This document shows positions 20,125-30,713 of a DNA stretch of 64,000 nucleotides, piece by piece. Source of the stretch: Alphaproteobacteria bacterium (GTDB lineage: Bacteria > Pseudomonadota > Alphaproteobacteria > GCA-2731375); NCBI GenBank assembly GCA_965232515.1, contig CBDDPY010000002.1, positions 864,001 to 928,000 on the forward strand, given 5' to 3'. Below the pieces are notes generated by a model that ran no database searches, was not told the origin of the DNA, and saw only the letters and a program-made list of their open reading frames with translations. The position numbers were made by a program, and so were the translations under genes. The stretch's first letter is position 1; each line of letters starts with the position of its first letter.

Positions 20125-20813
20125 CAGGCGGCGCCGACCACGACCGGCAGGTTGTCGAGCGACTCGAGCATAACGTCCGGTTGGCCCGGCAGGCGCTCCA
20201 CGGCCTGGCCGAACCGGTTCACCCAGACAACCTTGAAGCCGAACGCCGATGCGCCATGGGCATCCCAGGCATTCGACGACTGGAACGACACTTGTTCTGG
20301 TGTGACCCCCAGCAGCCGCTCGACCTCGGCATAGACCACGGACGACGGCTTGTAGATACGCAACGGGTCGACCGAGATCACGGCGTCGAGATGTTCGGCG
20401 ATGCCGGCATTCTCGACCGCCGATTGCAGCATGTCCGGCGAGCCGTTCGACAGAATGGCGGTCTTCATCCCGGCCTGCTTCAACGTCGCCAGCACCTCAG
20501 GCACTTCCGGATAGGCGTCGAGCTGCAGGTAGAGGTCCATCAGCCGTTGGCGCAGCGCCGTGTCTTCGATACCGAGGTTGGCCATGGCGAAATCCAGCGC
20601 ATCGCCGGTGATCTGCCAGAAGTCCACATAGTCGGCCATCAGGCTGCGCAGCCAGGTGTATTGCAGCTGCCGCCCGCGCCAGAGCTCGGCCAGCGGCTGC
20701 CATTTGTCCCCCAGATCGGCGCTGCAATGACCGGCCGCCGCATTGACGTCGAACAGCGTGCCGTAGGCGTCGAAGACGCAGGCCTGAACGTTTTCCAATC
20801 GCGCTGATGACAT
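20124..20813 (-). CDS. Haloacid dehalogenase type II (HAD family)
   Basis: FDAYGTLFD, WRGRQLQYTW, LSNGS, YKP and SSNAWD motifs. Confidence 0.93.
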   Translation of the reverse strand: MSSARLENVQACVFDAYGTLFDVNAAAGHCSADLGDKWQPLAELWRGRQLQYTWLRSLMADYVDFWQITGDALDFAMANLGIEDTALRQRLMDLYLQLDAYPEVPEVLATLKQAGMKTAILSNGSPDMLQSAVENAGIAEHLDAVISVDPLRIYKPSSVVYAEVERLLGVTPEQVSFQSSNAWDAHGASAFGFKVVWVNRFGQAVERLPGQPDVMLESLDNLPVVVGAA

Positions 20814-20886
20814 CGGGCGCTCCGGGGCAGTCGGCGGGCTGGCTAGACTATCTTAAGCGCGCGAGACGCGCCAACGCAGAAGCCGA

Positions 20887-22923
20887 TCAGGTACCGGGCT
20901 TTTGCATGGCCGTGCGGTTGAGATCCGCGAGCAACGAAAGCTGCACCGGCGCCTCGGCCAGACGATGCCGATAGACCTGCAGGGACTCGAGAACCCGCTG
21001 CACGTAGTTGCGCGTTTCGGCCAATGGGATCTGCTCGATCCAATCGATTGTGTCGACCTCTGGCCGCCTCGGGTCGCCGAAGTCGCGGATCCAACGGCGC
21101 ACGCGTGACGAGCCCGCATTGTAGGCCGCGACCGCCATCACATAGGAGCCGTCATAGGCACGCAGCAACCGGTTGAGGTGGGCGGCGCCCAGCCTGATGT
21201 TGTAGACGGGGTCCCGCGTCAGCTTGGACCGCTTGTAGGGAAGCCGCAGCGACTTGGCCTCCGAGCGCGCGGTCCGCGGCATCAGCTGCATCAGGCCCCG
21301 AGCGCCGGCGGGGCTGACCGCCCGCGGATTGAATTCGCTTTCCTGCCGCGAGATGGCCAGCAGCAGGGCCTTCTCGGGGCCGACCTCCGGCAGCTCGATC
21401 ACCGGATAGGCGACGTCGATCAGTGTAATACCGTCGCGTGAGGCCCGTTTCGCGGCGCGGACGGAAAGGTGCGGCTGCCCCAGATCTTCGGCGAGGCGGC
21501 CGACCAGATGCCGTTCGGCCGGCGTGCCGGTGCTGTCCGCCAGATGCACGATGAACGGCCGCAGGTGCCGGTTTTGTCCCAACTCGCTCAAAATGCGCGT
21601 GGCCCGGACCAGCTCGAGGCCGTTGAAGGCCGCGATCTGTTTCGTCGTCGGAGAAGGATCCGTCGGCAGGCTGTCGGCCAGTTCGGTGTCACCCAGAATC
21701 TCGACCGCCAGCTGACCGTAGTAGGTCGTCGGGTTCTGCGCGGCCGCCCGATACCATTGCGCGGCCTTCTCGACCTGCTCCAATGCCGTCGCGGCGCGAC
21801 CGGCCCAATAAGCCGCACGGGACAGGCTGACCGGGAACTTGACGTTGTAGTAAAGACTGCTGAAATGCGCGTACGCCCGGTCCGGCTCGGCAATGAAACG
21901 CAGCGCGATCCAACCCGAAAGCCACTCGGCTTCGGCATAGGGGGCGCCGCCCGGCACCAGACCATGCTCGCTTGCCAGACGATACGCGGTGCGCGTTTCG
22001 CCGCGCGCCAGCATCTCGCGAACCTGAATACGGCGCTCGACCCACCAGCGCTCCGGCCGAGGTCCGACATTGTCGGCCAGGCCCAGGAGGATGTCGCGCG
22101 CGCGATCGTCCAGACCCTTGCGCCGGCGCCAGCGCGTGCGCTCGTAGGCGAGGCCGGGATGGTCCTTCAGGTGCGGCGGCACTTGGGCAATGTAGTCGTC
22201 AACCCCGCCGGCCCGCGCCATCAGGGACATGCGCGCCTTGGCCAGCAACCGCTGATCTTGCGGCAACAGGAACAGCAGCCGGTTGGCCGTCTGTCGCTTT
22301 CCGTCCCACAACAGCCGATCGACCCGGGCGATGTGGTCTTCCGAGGACAGGCGGGATTTATGCCGCTGATAGACATGGCGTGACAGCGACTGCGGCAGGT
22401 TGTCGTTGATCCAGGAATACCGCAACCACTCCTCGCCAACATCGGGCATGCCGCTTCGGATCATGGCCTCGGCGAGGCGGATGCGTCCATCGGGGCTGAG
22501 CGGCTGGCGGCCGACATACCAGGCCAGCAACTGTTCGTCGGGCACCCGATCGGAGAGCGCCTCTTCGGCACGTCGCTGGAGCCGCCGCAGCTCCGGCCAA
22601 TGCGGATTGGCGTCGATGAAGCCGCTGATTTCGCCGAAGGATGCGCGGTTCTGAGGCTCGCGATAATAGAGCCAGTCGATGATCTTCGCGGGCAGGGGAT
22701 TGTTCGCATTGGCGCCGGCACGACGCGCATTGGACCAGCGACGTTTTTCCGCCGCCCTGAATGCCTTGATATAGACCGATTTGTCTTTGTCGCTGAGGCC
22801 CGTAACCGGCGCGGTATCTTCGACGCCCGGCGCCGGCGATGCCGCCTGTGCCGGCGAGCGAAGTGTCAGCGCCGCGGCGACCGCCACAGCCGAGACAAAT
22901 ACGAAACGTGCGGTCGCCTTCAT
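20887..22923 (-). CDS. slt: Soluble lytic transglycosylase (Slt70-like)
   Basis: Signal peptide, helical repeat region, and C-terminal SLT domain motifs RQESEF, GARGLMQLMP, AYNAG and ETRNYVQRV. Confidence 0.92.
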   Translation of the reverse strand: MKATARFVFVSAVAVAAALTLRSPAQAASPAPGVEDTAPVTGLSDKDKSVYIKAFRAAEKRRWSNARRAGANANNPLPAKIIDWLYYREPQNRASFGEISGFIDANPHWPELRRLQRRAEEALSDRVPDEQLLAWYVGRQPLSPDGRIRLAEAMIRSGMPDVGEEWLRYSWINDNLPQSLSRHVYQRHKSRLSSEDHIARVDRLLWDGKRQTANRLLFLLPQDQRLLAKARMSLMARAGGVDDYIAQVPPHLKDHPGLAYERTRWRRRKGLDDRARDILLGLADNVGPRPERWWVERRIQVREMLARGETRTAYRLASEHGLVPGGAPYAEAEWLSGWIALRFIAEPDRAYAHFSSLYYNVKFPVSLSRAAYWAGRAATALEQVEKAAQWYRAAAQNPTTYYGQLAVEILGDTELADSLPTDPSPTTKQIAAFNGLELVRATRILSELGQNRHLRPFIVHLADSTGTPAERHLVGRLAEDLGQPHLSVRAAKRASRDGITLIDVAYPVIELPEVGPEKALLLAISRQESEFNPRAVSPAGARGLMQLMPRTARSEAKSLRLPYKRSKLTRDPVYNIRLGAAHLNRLLRAYDGSYVMAVAAYNAGSSRVRRWIRDFGDPRRPEVDTIDWIEQIPLAETRNYVQRVLESLQVYRHRLAEAPVQLSLLADLNRTAMQKPGT

Positions 22924-23014
22924 AACACCTGCCCAAGAACCTTAATCGATATTAACGATGCGCCTGCTACGCTCGCAAGCCGGCATCTGGCCCGCATGCG
23001 GCCGGCAAGTCCGC

Positions 23015-23043
23015 TTGCCGCGCGAGAATGCAGGGGCTATGGT
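23015..23043 (+). promoter_or_regulatory. Putative sigma70 promoter of dapA-smpB
   Basis: cTTGCCG-N17-TATGGT. Confidence 0.5.
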
Positions 23044-23086
23044 CCGCGCAAAGGCTTATAATCGCCTTAACCCTAAGGAGAGCGCC

Positions 23087-23962
23087 ATGTTCAGGGGATC
23101 GATCGTCGCCCTAATCACGCCGTTTCGCGATGGCCAGGTGGACGAGGACGCCCTGCGCAAACTTGTGGATTGGCACCTGAAGGAGGGCACGCACGGCATC
23201 GTGCCCTGCGGCACGACCGGAGAATCGCCGACACTAAGCCACGAGGAGCACAACCGGGTCACCGAAATCGTGATCGAGCAGGTGGCCGGGCGGGTGCCGG
23301 TGATCGCCGGCGCAGGCTCCAACAACACCATCGAGGCGATCGAGCTGACCCGGCACGCCAAGGAAGCCGGCGCCGACGCCGCGCTGCACGTCACCGGCTA
23401 CTACAACAAGCCGAGCCAGGAAGGGCAGTACCAGCACTTCAAGGCGATCCACGACGCGGTCGACCTGCCGATCATCGTCTACAACATCCCGCCGCGGGCG
23501 ATCGTCGGGGTCGATCCCGACACCATGGCGCGTCTCGCCGAGCTGCCGCGCATCGTCGGCGTCAAGGACGCGACGGCCGATCTGTCGCGGCCGAGCAAGG
23601 AACGCATGATGATCAAGGGCGATTGGGTTCAGCTCTCGGGCGAGGATCCGACCGCGCTCGGCTACATGGCCCATGGCGGCGATGGCTGCATTTCGGTCTC
23701 CGCGAACGTGGCGCCCCGGCTCTGCGCCGAGTTCCAGGAGGCCTGCATGGCCGGCGATTACGCCAAGGCGCGGGAGTACCAGGATCGGTTGATGCCGCTG
23801 CATATCGCGCTGTTCCTGGAGCCGAGCCCAACGATGACCAAGTATGCCGTCAGCCTGCTCGGCCTGTGCGCCAACGAGCTGCGCCTGCCGCTGGTGCCGG
23901 GAACGCCGCCTTCGCAGGAACGGGTCAAGGACGCGATGCGACATGCCGGCCTGCTGGACTGA
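23087..23962 (+). CDS. dapA: 4-hydroxy-tetrahydrodipicolinate synthase
   Basis: [22 protein letters not shown] and GVKDAT (Schiff-base Lys) motifs; AAGGAG SD before ATG 23087. Confidence 0.97.
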   Translation: MFRGSIVALITPFRDGQVDEDALRKLVDWHLKEGTHGIVPCGTTGESPTLSHEEHNRVTEIVIEQVAGRVPVIAGAGSNNTIEAIELTRHAKEAGADAALHVTGYYNKPSQEGQYQHFKAIHDAVDLPIIVYNIPPRAIVGVDPDTMARLAELPRIVGVKDATADLSRPSKERMMIKGDWVQLSGEDPTALGYMAHGGDGCISVSANVAPRLCAEFQEACMAGDYAKAREYQDRLMPLHIALFLEPSPTMTKYAVSLLGLCANELRLPLVPGTPPSQERVKDAMRHAGLLD

Positions 23963-23972
23963 TCCGGACTGA

Positions 23973-24431
23973 ATGGCCGAGTACCGAGTCGTCGCGGAAA
24001 ACCGCAAGGCCCGCTTCAACTACTTCATCGACGAGACGCTGGAGGCGGGCATCATGCTCGCCGGCACCGAGGTGAAGTCGCTGCGCGAAGGCCGGGCCGA
24101 TATCAGCGAGAGCTACGCCGCCGACCAGGACGGCGAGCTGTTTCTGGTCAACGCCTACATTCCGGAATACAAGGCGGGGAACCGCTACAACCACGAGACC
24201 CGCCGACCGCGCAAGCTGCTGCTGCACAAGCGCGAGATCAACAAGCTGGCCGGCGGCATCAAGCGCGCCGGCACGACCGTGGTGGCGCTGAAGATCTATT
24301 TCAACGAACGCGGCAAGGCGAAAGTGCTGCTGGGCCTCGCCCGCGGCAAGCGCCAGCACGACAAGCGCGCGACGATCAAGGATCGTGACTGGAAACGCGA
24401 CCAGGCCCGCCTGATGCGCGAGCGCGGCTAG
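23973..24431 (+). CDS. smpB: SsrA-binding protein
   Basis: [26 protein letters not shown] and [11 protein letters not shown] motifs. Confidence 0.98.
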   Translation: MAEYRVVAENRKARFNYFIDETLEAGIMLAGTEVKSLREGRADISESYAADQDGELFLVNAYIPEYKAGNRYNHETRRPRKLLLHKREINKLAGGIKRAGTTVVALKIYFNERGKAKVLLGLARGKRQHDKRATIKDRDWKRDQARLMRERG

Positions 24432-25075
24432 TCCAGGTCGCTCCGGATCGCGGCGAACACGGATTCGAACATCTCCGGCGTCAGACGGCCCGTGTTCGTG
24501 TTGTAGCGTGAGCAATGGTAGCTGTCATAAAGCGCCGTGCCGTCCGGCAGCGCATGCTTGGCGCCGTGCGCGAACGGATAGTCCGCGCGACGCGCGCCAA
24601 CGGTCGTCAGCAAGGACTCGTGGGCGACCCGGCCCAGGACCAGGATCGCCGCAAGCTGGGGCAGGGCATCGATCTCGGCGGACAGAAACGGCCGGCAAGA
24701 GCGGATTTCGGCGCCGATCGGCTTGTTCTGCGGCGGCAGACAGCGCACGGCGTTGGTGATCCGGCAGTCGCGCAGCGTCAGGCCATCGTCGGGACGCTTA
24801 TCGTATTGTCCGCTGGCGAAACCGAACTTGGTCAGTGTTGCGTACAACAGGTCGCCGGCATAATCACCGGTGAACGGCCGTCCAGTGCGGTTGGCGCCGC
24901 CCATGCCGGGCGCCAGACCGACGATAAGCAGTCGCGCGGCGGGCTCGCCGAACGAGGGGACAGGCGCGTTGAACCAGTCGGGCTGACGGGTACGCATCTC
25001 GTCGCGAAAGGCGACGAGGCGGGGGCAAAGCTGGCAGTCAGACGGCGGTGTACTGGCGCCGGCAGCGCCGGTCAT
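24428..25075 (-). CDS. Uracil-DNA glycosylase family 5 (UdgB-like, Fe-S)
   Basis: [34 protein letters not shown] and [12 protein letters not shown] motifs. Confidence 0.9.
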   Translation of the reverse strand: MTGAAGASTPPSDCQLCPRLVAFRDEMRTRQPDWFNAPVPSFGEPAARLLIVGLAPGMGGANRTGRPFTGDYAGDLLYATLTKFGFASGQYDKRPDDGLTLRDCRITNAVRCLPPQNKPIGAEIRSCRPFLSAEIDALPQLAAILVLGRVAHESLLTTVGARRADYPFAHGAKHALPDGTALYDSYHCSRYNTNTGRLTPEMFESVFAAIRSDLD

Positions 25076-25722
25076 GCCTGACGACGGACGTTGCCGCCGT
25101 CGTCGTAGTCATCCTCATAGTCGTCGTATTCGTCGTCGGCATATTCGTCGCCGGACGCCTGGACATTGGTTTCCTGCTGCTGCTGACGGAAGCTCGGATC
25201 GCGGCCGATAAACGGGATCAGTTCCTGCAGTTCCAGGAAGGTATCGGCCTGCCGCCGCAGTTCGTCGGCCACCATGGGGGGCGACGAGCGAACGGTGCTG
25301 ACCACGGTGAACCGACGGCCCTTCCGCTGAGCGGCTTCGACCAGGCGCCGGAAATCGCCATCGCCCGAGAACAGCACGATATGATCGACGCTGTCGGTCA
25401 TCTCCATGATGTCGACGGCGATCTCAATGTCCATATTGCCCTTGATCTTCCGCCGGCCCGAGGAGTCGGTGAATTCCTTGGTTGGCTTGGTGACCATGGT
25501 GTAGCCGTTATAATCCAGCCAATCGACCAGCGGCCGGATCGGAGAGTATTCCTGATCTTCGATCAATGCGGTGTAATAGAACGCCCGCACAAGCGTACCT
25601 TTTTTGGCAAATTCATCGAGCAACCTTTTGTAATCAATATCAAACCCGAGCGAACGCGCTGCGGCATACAGATTTGAACCGTCTATGAACAGGGCCAGAC
25701 GCTCGTGGGGATAAAATGCCAT
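25072..25722 (-). CDS. NYN (LabA/DUF88) domain protein
   Basis: FIDGSN, KGNMDIEIAVD, SGDGDF and LRRQAD motifs; acidic C-terminal tail. Confidence 0.93.
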   Translation of the reverse strand: MAFYPHERLALFIDGSNLYAAARSLGFDIDYKRLLDEFAKKGTLVRAFYYTALIEDQEYSPIRPLVDWLDYNGYTMVTKPTKEFTDSSGRRKIKGNMDIEIAVDIMEMTDSVDHIVLFSGDGDFRRLVEAAQRKGRRFTVVSTVRSSPPMVADELRRQADTFLELQELIPFIGRDPSFRQQQQETNVQASGDEYADDEYDDYEDDYDDGGNVRRQA

Positions 25723-25882
25723 TTCAATGGGATCCTTATACAGTATTATCGCTGTGGAATATCCGCTTTGTCGTCGACGTGCAATAGTCTCCGACGATGC
25801 GCAGTTGCATTTATCCGCGCCGCATTCCTTGTGTACTTATGCGTTGAGCAGCTCCGTAACAAGGCTGGGGCCCGTACATCAG

Positions 25883-26395
25883 ATGATCCTAATCGGCCTA
25901 GGCGGCAATCTGAGCCCGCCCGGCCTTGCCTCACCCCAGGCCGGCCTCGCCACGGCCCTCGACCGGCTGTCGGTGCAGGGGGTCCGCACGCTGCGGCTGT
26001 CGCGCTGGTACCGCACAGCGCCCGTGCCGGTTTCCGACGCCCCATGGTTCGTCAACGCCGCCGCGGCGGTGGAAACGGACCTGCCGCCCGTTGCGCTGCT
26101 GGCCCGAATGCTGGCAGTCGAATTGAGCCTTGGCCGTCGGCGGTCAACCGAAGAGATCTCACGCACCGTCGACCTTGATCTGCTCGCCTATGACGACGAA
26201 GTGGGCGACTGGGCCGCAGCCGGCGCATTGCCGGCGCTGACATTGCCGCATCCACGCCTGGCCGAGCGCGCCTTCGTCCTCGCGCCGCTGGCCGACGTGG
26301 CGCCGGATTGGCGCCACCCGGCATCGCAGAGAACCGTATCGGAAATGCTGATGGCCCTGTCCGACCGGGACGGCGTCGAGCCGATGGCGGAATAG
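25883..26395 (+). CDS. folK: 2-amino-4-hydroxy-6-hydroxymethyldihydropteridine pyrophosphokinase
   Basis: [20 protein letters not shown] and [13 protein letters not shown] motifs; start ATG 25883. Confidence 0.93.
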   Translation: MILIGLGGNLSPPGLASPQAGLATALDRLSVQGVRTLRLSRWYRTAPVPVSDAPWFVNAAAAVETDLPPVALLARMLAVELSLGRRRSTEEISRTVDLDLLAYDDEVGDWAAAGALPALTLPHPRLAERAFVLAPLADVAPDWRHPASQRTVSEMLMALSDRDGVEPMAE

Positions 26396-26425
26396 CCGGC
26401 GAAGGGGCCGGAAACGGCGCTGCTA

Positions 26426-26460
26426 GCGCTTGCCAACCCCGCGGCAAGCGCCTATTTATT
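26426..26460 (+). promoter_or_regulatory. Overlapping folK terminator-like hairpin and rpoZ promoter
   Basis: GCGCTTGCC-N8-GGCAAGCGC followed by CTATTTATT. The same bases read as TTGCCA-N17-TATTTA. Confidence 0.5.
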
Positions 26461-26508
26461 GCGGTTAGCCTCGAATTCTTTAACTATTCCAAATCCGGAG
26501 ACTTCCGA

Positions 26509-26892
26509 ATGGCCCGCGTTACCGTCGAAGATTGCGTCGTCAAGGTGCCGAACCGTTTCGAGTTGGTGCTGATGGCGGCCAACCGCGCCCGCCAGATCTC
26601 GGCCGGCGACCAGCCGACGGTGATGGAGGACAACGACAAGAATCCCGTTATCGCACTGCGCGAAATCGCCGACGAGACCATCACGGCCGAAGACATGCGC
26701 GATACGGTGATCCGCGGTCTGCAGCGGCATGTCGAGGTCGACGAACCGGAAGACGACGACCTGTCGTCGCAGATGCTGGGCCAGCAACTCGCCGTCGGCA
26801 TGGCGGCGCAAGCCGAAATGGGTGCGTCCGGTGCATCCTCTGCCGCGCCGGCCGAAGAGACGGATGACGGCGGGGATGATCTGGCCGGCTGA
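26509..26892 (+). CDS. rpoZ: RNA polymerase omega subunit
   Basis: [17 protein letters not shown] and [14 protein letters not shown] motifs; GGAG SD. Confidence 0.98.
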   Translation: MARVTVEDCVVKVPNRFELVLMAANRARQISAGDQPTVMEDNDKNPVIALREIADETITAEDMRDTVIRGLQRHVEVDEPEDDDLSSQMLGQQLAVGMAAQAEMGASGASSAAPAEETDDGGDDLAG

Positions 26893-26930
26893 TCGAACGG
26901 ACCCACATCGCCTTAAGCATCGACACCCGG

Positions 26931-26964
26931 ACCGGCGCCGTGTTTGGCGGCGCCGGTTTCGTTT
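26931..26964 (+). terminator. Rho-independent terminator/attenuator between rpoZ and rsh
   Basis: 10-bp stem ACCGGCGCCG-N7-CGGCGCCGGT followed by TTCGTTT. Confidence 0.65.
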
Positions 26965-27003
26965 GCGCGCCGGACGGCCGACCGGGACGGGAGTCGGCGA
27001 CCG

Positions 27004-29172
27004 ATGATGCGCCAGTACGAATTGGTCGAGAAGGTTGCGGCTTACGACCCCAACGTTAACGAAGAGCTGCTGAACCGCGCCTACGTCTTTTCCATGCGGG
27101 CGCATGGCAGCCAGACCCGGGCCTCCGGCGACCCCTATTTCTCGCATCCCCTCGAAGTCGCCGGCATCCTGACCGACTACAAGCTCGACTGCGCCACCAT
27201 CGTCACGGCGCTGTTGCACGACACGGTCGAGGATACGGTCGCCACGCATACTCAGATCGAGGACGGCTTCGGGCCCCAGATCGCCAAGCTGGTCGATGGC
27301 GTGACCAAGCTGTCGAAGCTGGAGCTGCGCTCGGAAGCCAGCAGCCAGGCGGAGAATTTCCGCAAGCTGGTGCTGGCGATGTCCGACGATATCCGTGTCC
27401 TGCTGGTCAAGCTGGCCGACCGGCTGCACAACATGCGCACGATCCGGCACCTTGCCAAGGCGAGCAAGCGCGCGCGGATCGCCGCCGAGACCATGGACAT
27501 CTACGCGCCGCTCGCCGAACGCATCGGCATGCACCGGATCAAGGAGGAGCTGGAAGACCTGTCGTTCGCCGAACTGCACCCGGACGCGCGCGCGTCGGTG
27601 CAGAAGCGCCTCGACTTTCTGCGCGAGGAGGCCGGCGACATCGTGCCCCGGATCACCGAGGAACTGGAGCGGACGGTGACAGACGGCGGCATCGACGCCA
27701 TCGTGTTGGGCCGCGAAAAGAAACCCTATTCGATCTGGCGCAAGATGCAGCGCGACAATGTTTCATTCGAGCAATTGTCGGACATCGTCGCCTTCCGTGT
27801 CATCGTCGACACCGTGTCGGACTGTTATCAGGCGCTGGGCGTCGTGCACGGCCGTTATTCCATGGTACCGGATCGTTTCAAGGACTACATATCGACGCCA
27901 AAGCGGAACAACTACCGCTCGATCCACACGACCGTGATCGGCCCGGAGAACCAGCGCATCGAGATTCAGATCCGCACGCGCGAGATGCACGATATCGCCG
28001 AGCTCGGCGTCGCCGCCCATTGGCGCTACAAGCAGGATCTGGCGACCGGCGACGGCAGCGAATACCGCTGGCTTCAGGGCCTGCGCGAAATCCTGGAGCA
28101 CGAGGGCACGGCCGAGGAGTTCCTGGAGCACACCAAGCTGGAGATGTTCCAGGACCAGGTCTTTTGCTTCACGCCGAAGGGTGACGTGATCGCGCTGCCG
28201 CGCGGCGCGACGCCCGTCGACTTCGCCTATGCCGTGCACAGCGAGGTCGGCGATACCTGCGTCGGCGCCCGGGTGAACGGCCGTGTGGTGCCGCTCAGGA
28301 CGCAGTTGAACAACGGCGATCAGGTCGACATTCTGCGTTCCAGCGCCGGCACCCCCGACCCGGCTTGGGAGAGCATCGTCGTCACCGGCAAGGCCCGTTC
28401 GGCGATCCGCCGATTTATCCGGCATCAGGAACGCGACGAGTATCGCCAGCTCGGCGAGGCCATCGCCGGCAAGGCCTTCCGGCAGGCCGGCCACGAGTTC
28501 TCCGACAAGGCCATCGAAGGCGCGCTCAAGGTCTTGAAGGCGAAGTCCGTGACCGACGTCTACGTCGCGCTGGGCGACGGGCACCTGACCGGCAAGGACC
28601 TGATGTCGCGTATTTTCCCGGGCGAACAGCGGCGCTGGGGCGCCCGAGATGCCATCGGTGCGATCAATCAACTGCTGCCATCGCGGCTACGGCGCCAGGG
28701 CGGCGAACGCGACGCCAACAACGCCGTTCCGATCAGTGGCCTGATTCCGGGCATGGCGGTGCACTACGCGACCTGCTGTCACCCGCTGCCAGGCGATCGA
28801 ATTGTCGGTATCATCACAAAAGGCAAGGGCGTGATGATCCATACGATCGATTGTGAACAGCTGGAACCGCATTCCGATTCGCCGGAGCAATGGCTCGACG
28901 TCAAATGGGAGATCGACCCCGAAAATCCGGGCCTCCACGTCGGCCAAATCAGCACGGTGGTCGCGAACGAACCAGGGAGCTTAAGCAACTTGTCAACGGT
29001 TATCGCCAAGAATATGGGCAACATTTCGAACCTGCGGATCACCAATCGCAGCCCGGATTTCTTCGAGATGAAGGTCGATATCGAAGTGGCGGACGTGAAG
29101 CACCTGGCCAACATCATGGCGGCGCTCCGGGCGACACCGTCGGTATCGTCCGTCGAACGCTACCGGGGATGA
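27004..29172 (+). CDS. spoT: Bifunctional (p)ppGpp synthetase/hydrolase (Rsh, RelA/SpoT family)
   Basis: HD domain (ALLHDTVED), RFKDYI, EIQIRT, TGS (FAYAVHS), CC (CCHP) and ACT domains; start MMRQYELVE at 27004. Confidence 0.97.
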   Translation: MMRQYELVEKVAAYDPNVNEELLNRAYVFSMRAHGSQTRASGDPYFSHPLEVAGILTDYKLDCATIVTALLHDTVEDTVATHTQIEDGFGPQIAKLVDGVTKLSKLELRSEASSQAENFRKLVLAMSDDIRVLLVKLADRLHNMRTIRHLAKASKRARIAAETMDIYAPLAERIGMHRIKEELEDLSFAELHPDARASVQKRLDFLREEAGDIVPRITEELERTVTDGGIDAIVLGREKKPYSIWRKMQRDNVSFEQLSDIVAFRVIVDTVSDCYQALGVVHGRYSMVPDRFKDYISTPKRNNYRSIHTTVIGPENQRIEIQIRTREMHDIAELGVAAHWRYKQDLATGDGSEYRWLQGLREILEHEGTAEEFLEHTKLEMFQDQVFCFTPKGDVIALPRGATPVDFAYAVHSEVGDTCVGARVNGRVVPLRTQLNNGDQVDILRSSAGTPDPAWESIVVTGKARSAIRRFIRHQERDEYRQLGEAIAGKAFRQAGHEFSDKAIEGALKVLKAKSVTDVYVALGDGHLTGKDLMSRIFPGEQRRWGARDAIGAINQLLPSRLRRQGGERDANNAVPISGLIPGMAVHYATCCHPLPGDRIVGIITKGKGVMIHTIDCEQLEPHSDSPEQWLDVKWEIDPENPGLHVGQISTVVANEPGSLSNLSTVIAKNMGNISNLRITNRSPDFFEMKVDIEVADVKHLANIMAALRATPSVSSVERYRG

Positions 29173-29256
29173 CGGCGCGGGACGAATGTCGGGGTCATAA
29201 CTCAGTCGGCCGTCGACCGGCTTCCGGTCCGACGTCAGTTCGGTAACGGTTGTCCA

Positions 29257-29919
29257 ATGTTCGCCCGCCGCAACAAGCATTCCATCAGCGACAGGCTTCG
29301 CGACTTCGTGTGGCCGCGCCGCGGGTTCCGCCGGGCCGCCACCTATATCGGCTACCGGGTCGCGCGCCTGCCCGGCACGCCACACAGTATCGCCGGCGGT
29401 TTCGCGTTCGGGGCGGCAATTTCGTTCACGCCCCTGGTCGGGCTGCACATTGCCGGTTCAGCGCTGATGTCCTGGGCGTTGCGCTGCAGCATTCTGGCGG
29501 CGGCTATCGGCACCGTGGTGGGCAATCCATGGACATTCCCGCTCATATGGGGCTGGACCTACCGTTGCGGCGCCTGGTTCCTCGGCATCGACAGCCACGG
29601 TCATCCGCCGCTCGGCTCATTGACCCGGCTGTTCGAAAAGCTCTGGATTCTGATCGGCGACCGGGTTCAGTGGACATTCGGCCTGAAGCAGAAGGACGAT
29701 CTGGCCGTGATCTCGGCGGGGTCCGAATTGGCCGAACTGATGCAGAACGTCCTCTGGCCCATGCTCGTGGGCAGCGTGCCGAACGCCATCCTCGCCTGGA
29801 TCGCCTTCTACTTTCCGATGCGTTATCTGATCGCCGGCTATCAGCACACCCGGCATCAGCGCCGGCTGCGGCGTGCGAAAATGGCTGGTGTCGGTGGAGG
29901 CGACGTGCCAAATATCTGA
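29257..29919 (+). CDS. DUF2062 family membrane protein
   Basis: RLPGTPHSIAGGFAFG and GNPWTFP motifs; usual position after rsh. Confidence 0.85.
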   Translation: MFARRNKHSISDRLRDFVWPRRGFRRAATYIGYRVARLPGTPHSIAGGFAFGAAISFTPLVGLHIAGSALMSWALRCSILAAAIGTVVGNPWTFPLIWGWTYRCGAWFLGIDSHGHPPLGSLTRLFEKLWILIGDRVQWTFGLKQKDDLAVISAGSELAELMQNVLWPMLVGSVPNAILAWIAFYFPMRYLIAGYQHTRHQRRLRRAKMAGVGGGDVPNI

Positions 29920-29957
29920 GGCATGAAGCCGAAACCGCATAATCGGAGCCGGGGAAC

Positions 29958-30713
29958 ATGACCCGCCAGCTGCGCCTTGGCGTCAACATCGATCATGTGG
30001 CGACGATCCGCAACGCGCGCGGCGGCCGTCATCCCGAACCGATCCGCGCCGCCCGGCTGGCCGCCGATGCCGGCGCCGACGGCATTACGGCGCATTTGCG
30101 CGAAGACCGTCGGCATATCGCCGACGACGATATCAGCCTGCTCAGCAGTCAGATCGACCTGCCGCTCAATCTCGAGATGGCGGCGACCGAAGAAATGCTG
30201 GCGATCGCACTTCGGCACAAGCCGCACGCGGTCTGCCTGGTGCCGGAGAAGCGGGAAGAGGTCACCACGGAGGGCGGTCTCGATGCCGCCGCCGGCCACC
30301 GGCACCTGGAACCTTATATCCGGCAGCTCTCGGCCGCCGGTATCCGCGTGTCCCTGTTCATCGATCCCTCGCGGGTTCAGCTCGCCGTCGCCAAGGCGCT
30401 GGGCGCGCCGGTTGTCGAGCTGCATACCGGCCAATATGCCGAGAGCAGCGGCGATGCCATGACGGCCGAGCTCGACCGCCTGATCGAGGCGGCGGCCTAT
30501 GCCGAGGAGCTGGGCCTGGAATGCCACGCCGGCCATGGCCTGACCTACGGCAATGTCGGTCCGGTGGCCGCGATCCCGACTGTCGTCGAGCTCAATATCG
30601 GCCATTTCCTGGTCGGTGAAGCGATCTTCGGCGGCCTGGACAGCAGCATCAAACGCATGCGCGCCCTGATGGACCAGGCGCGCGCCGAAGCGACGGGCAG
30701 CCGGTCCGCCTGA
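29958..30713 (+). CDS. pdxJ: Pyridoxine 5'-phosphate synthase
   Basis: [37 protein letters not shown] and ELNIGH motifs. Confidence 0.98.
   Translation: MTRQLRLGVNIDHVATIRNARGGRHPEPIRAARLAADAGADGITAHLREDRRHIADDDISLLSSQIDLPLNLEMAATEEMLAIALRHKPHAVCLVPEKREEVTTEGGLDAAAGHRHLEPYIRQLSAAGIRVSLFIDPSRVQLAVAKALGAPVVELHTGQYAESSGDAMTAELDRLIEAAAYAEELGLECHAGHGLTYGNVGPVAAIPTVVELNIGHFLVGEAIFGGLDSSIKRMRALMDQARAEATGSRSA

Noticed and set aside
23973-24431. tmRNA gene near smpB
   Set aside because: There is no intergenic space and no tRNA-like ends nearby.
25072-25722. NYN protein as a toxin or defence nuclease
   Set aside because: It sits in its usual housekeeping context next to folK-rpoZ, with no antitoxin or mobile-element features.
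28990-29018. TTGTCA-N17-TATGGG possible internal promoter within the rsh 3' end
   Set aside because: The -10 match is weak and there is no independent support.
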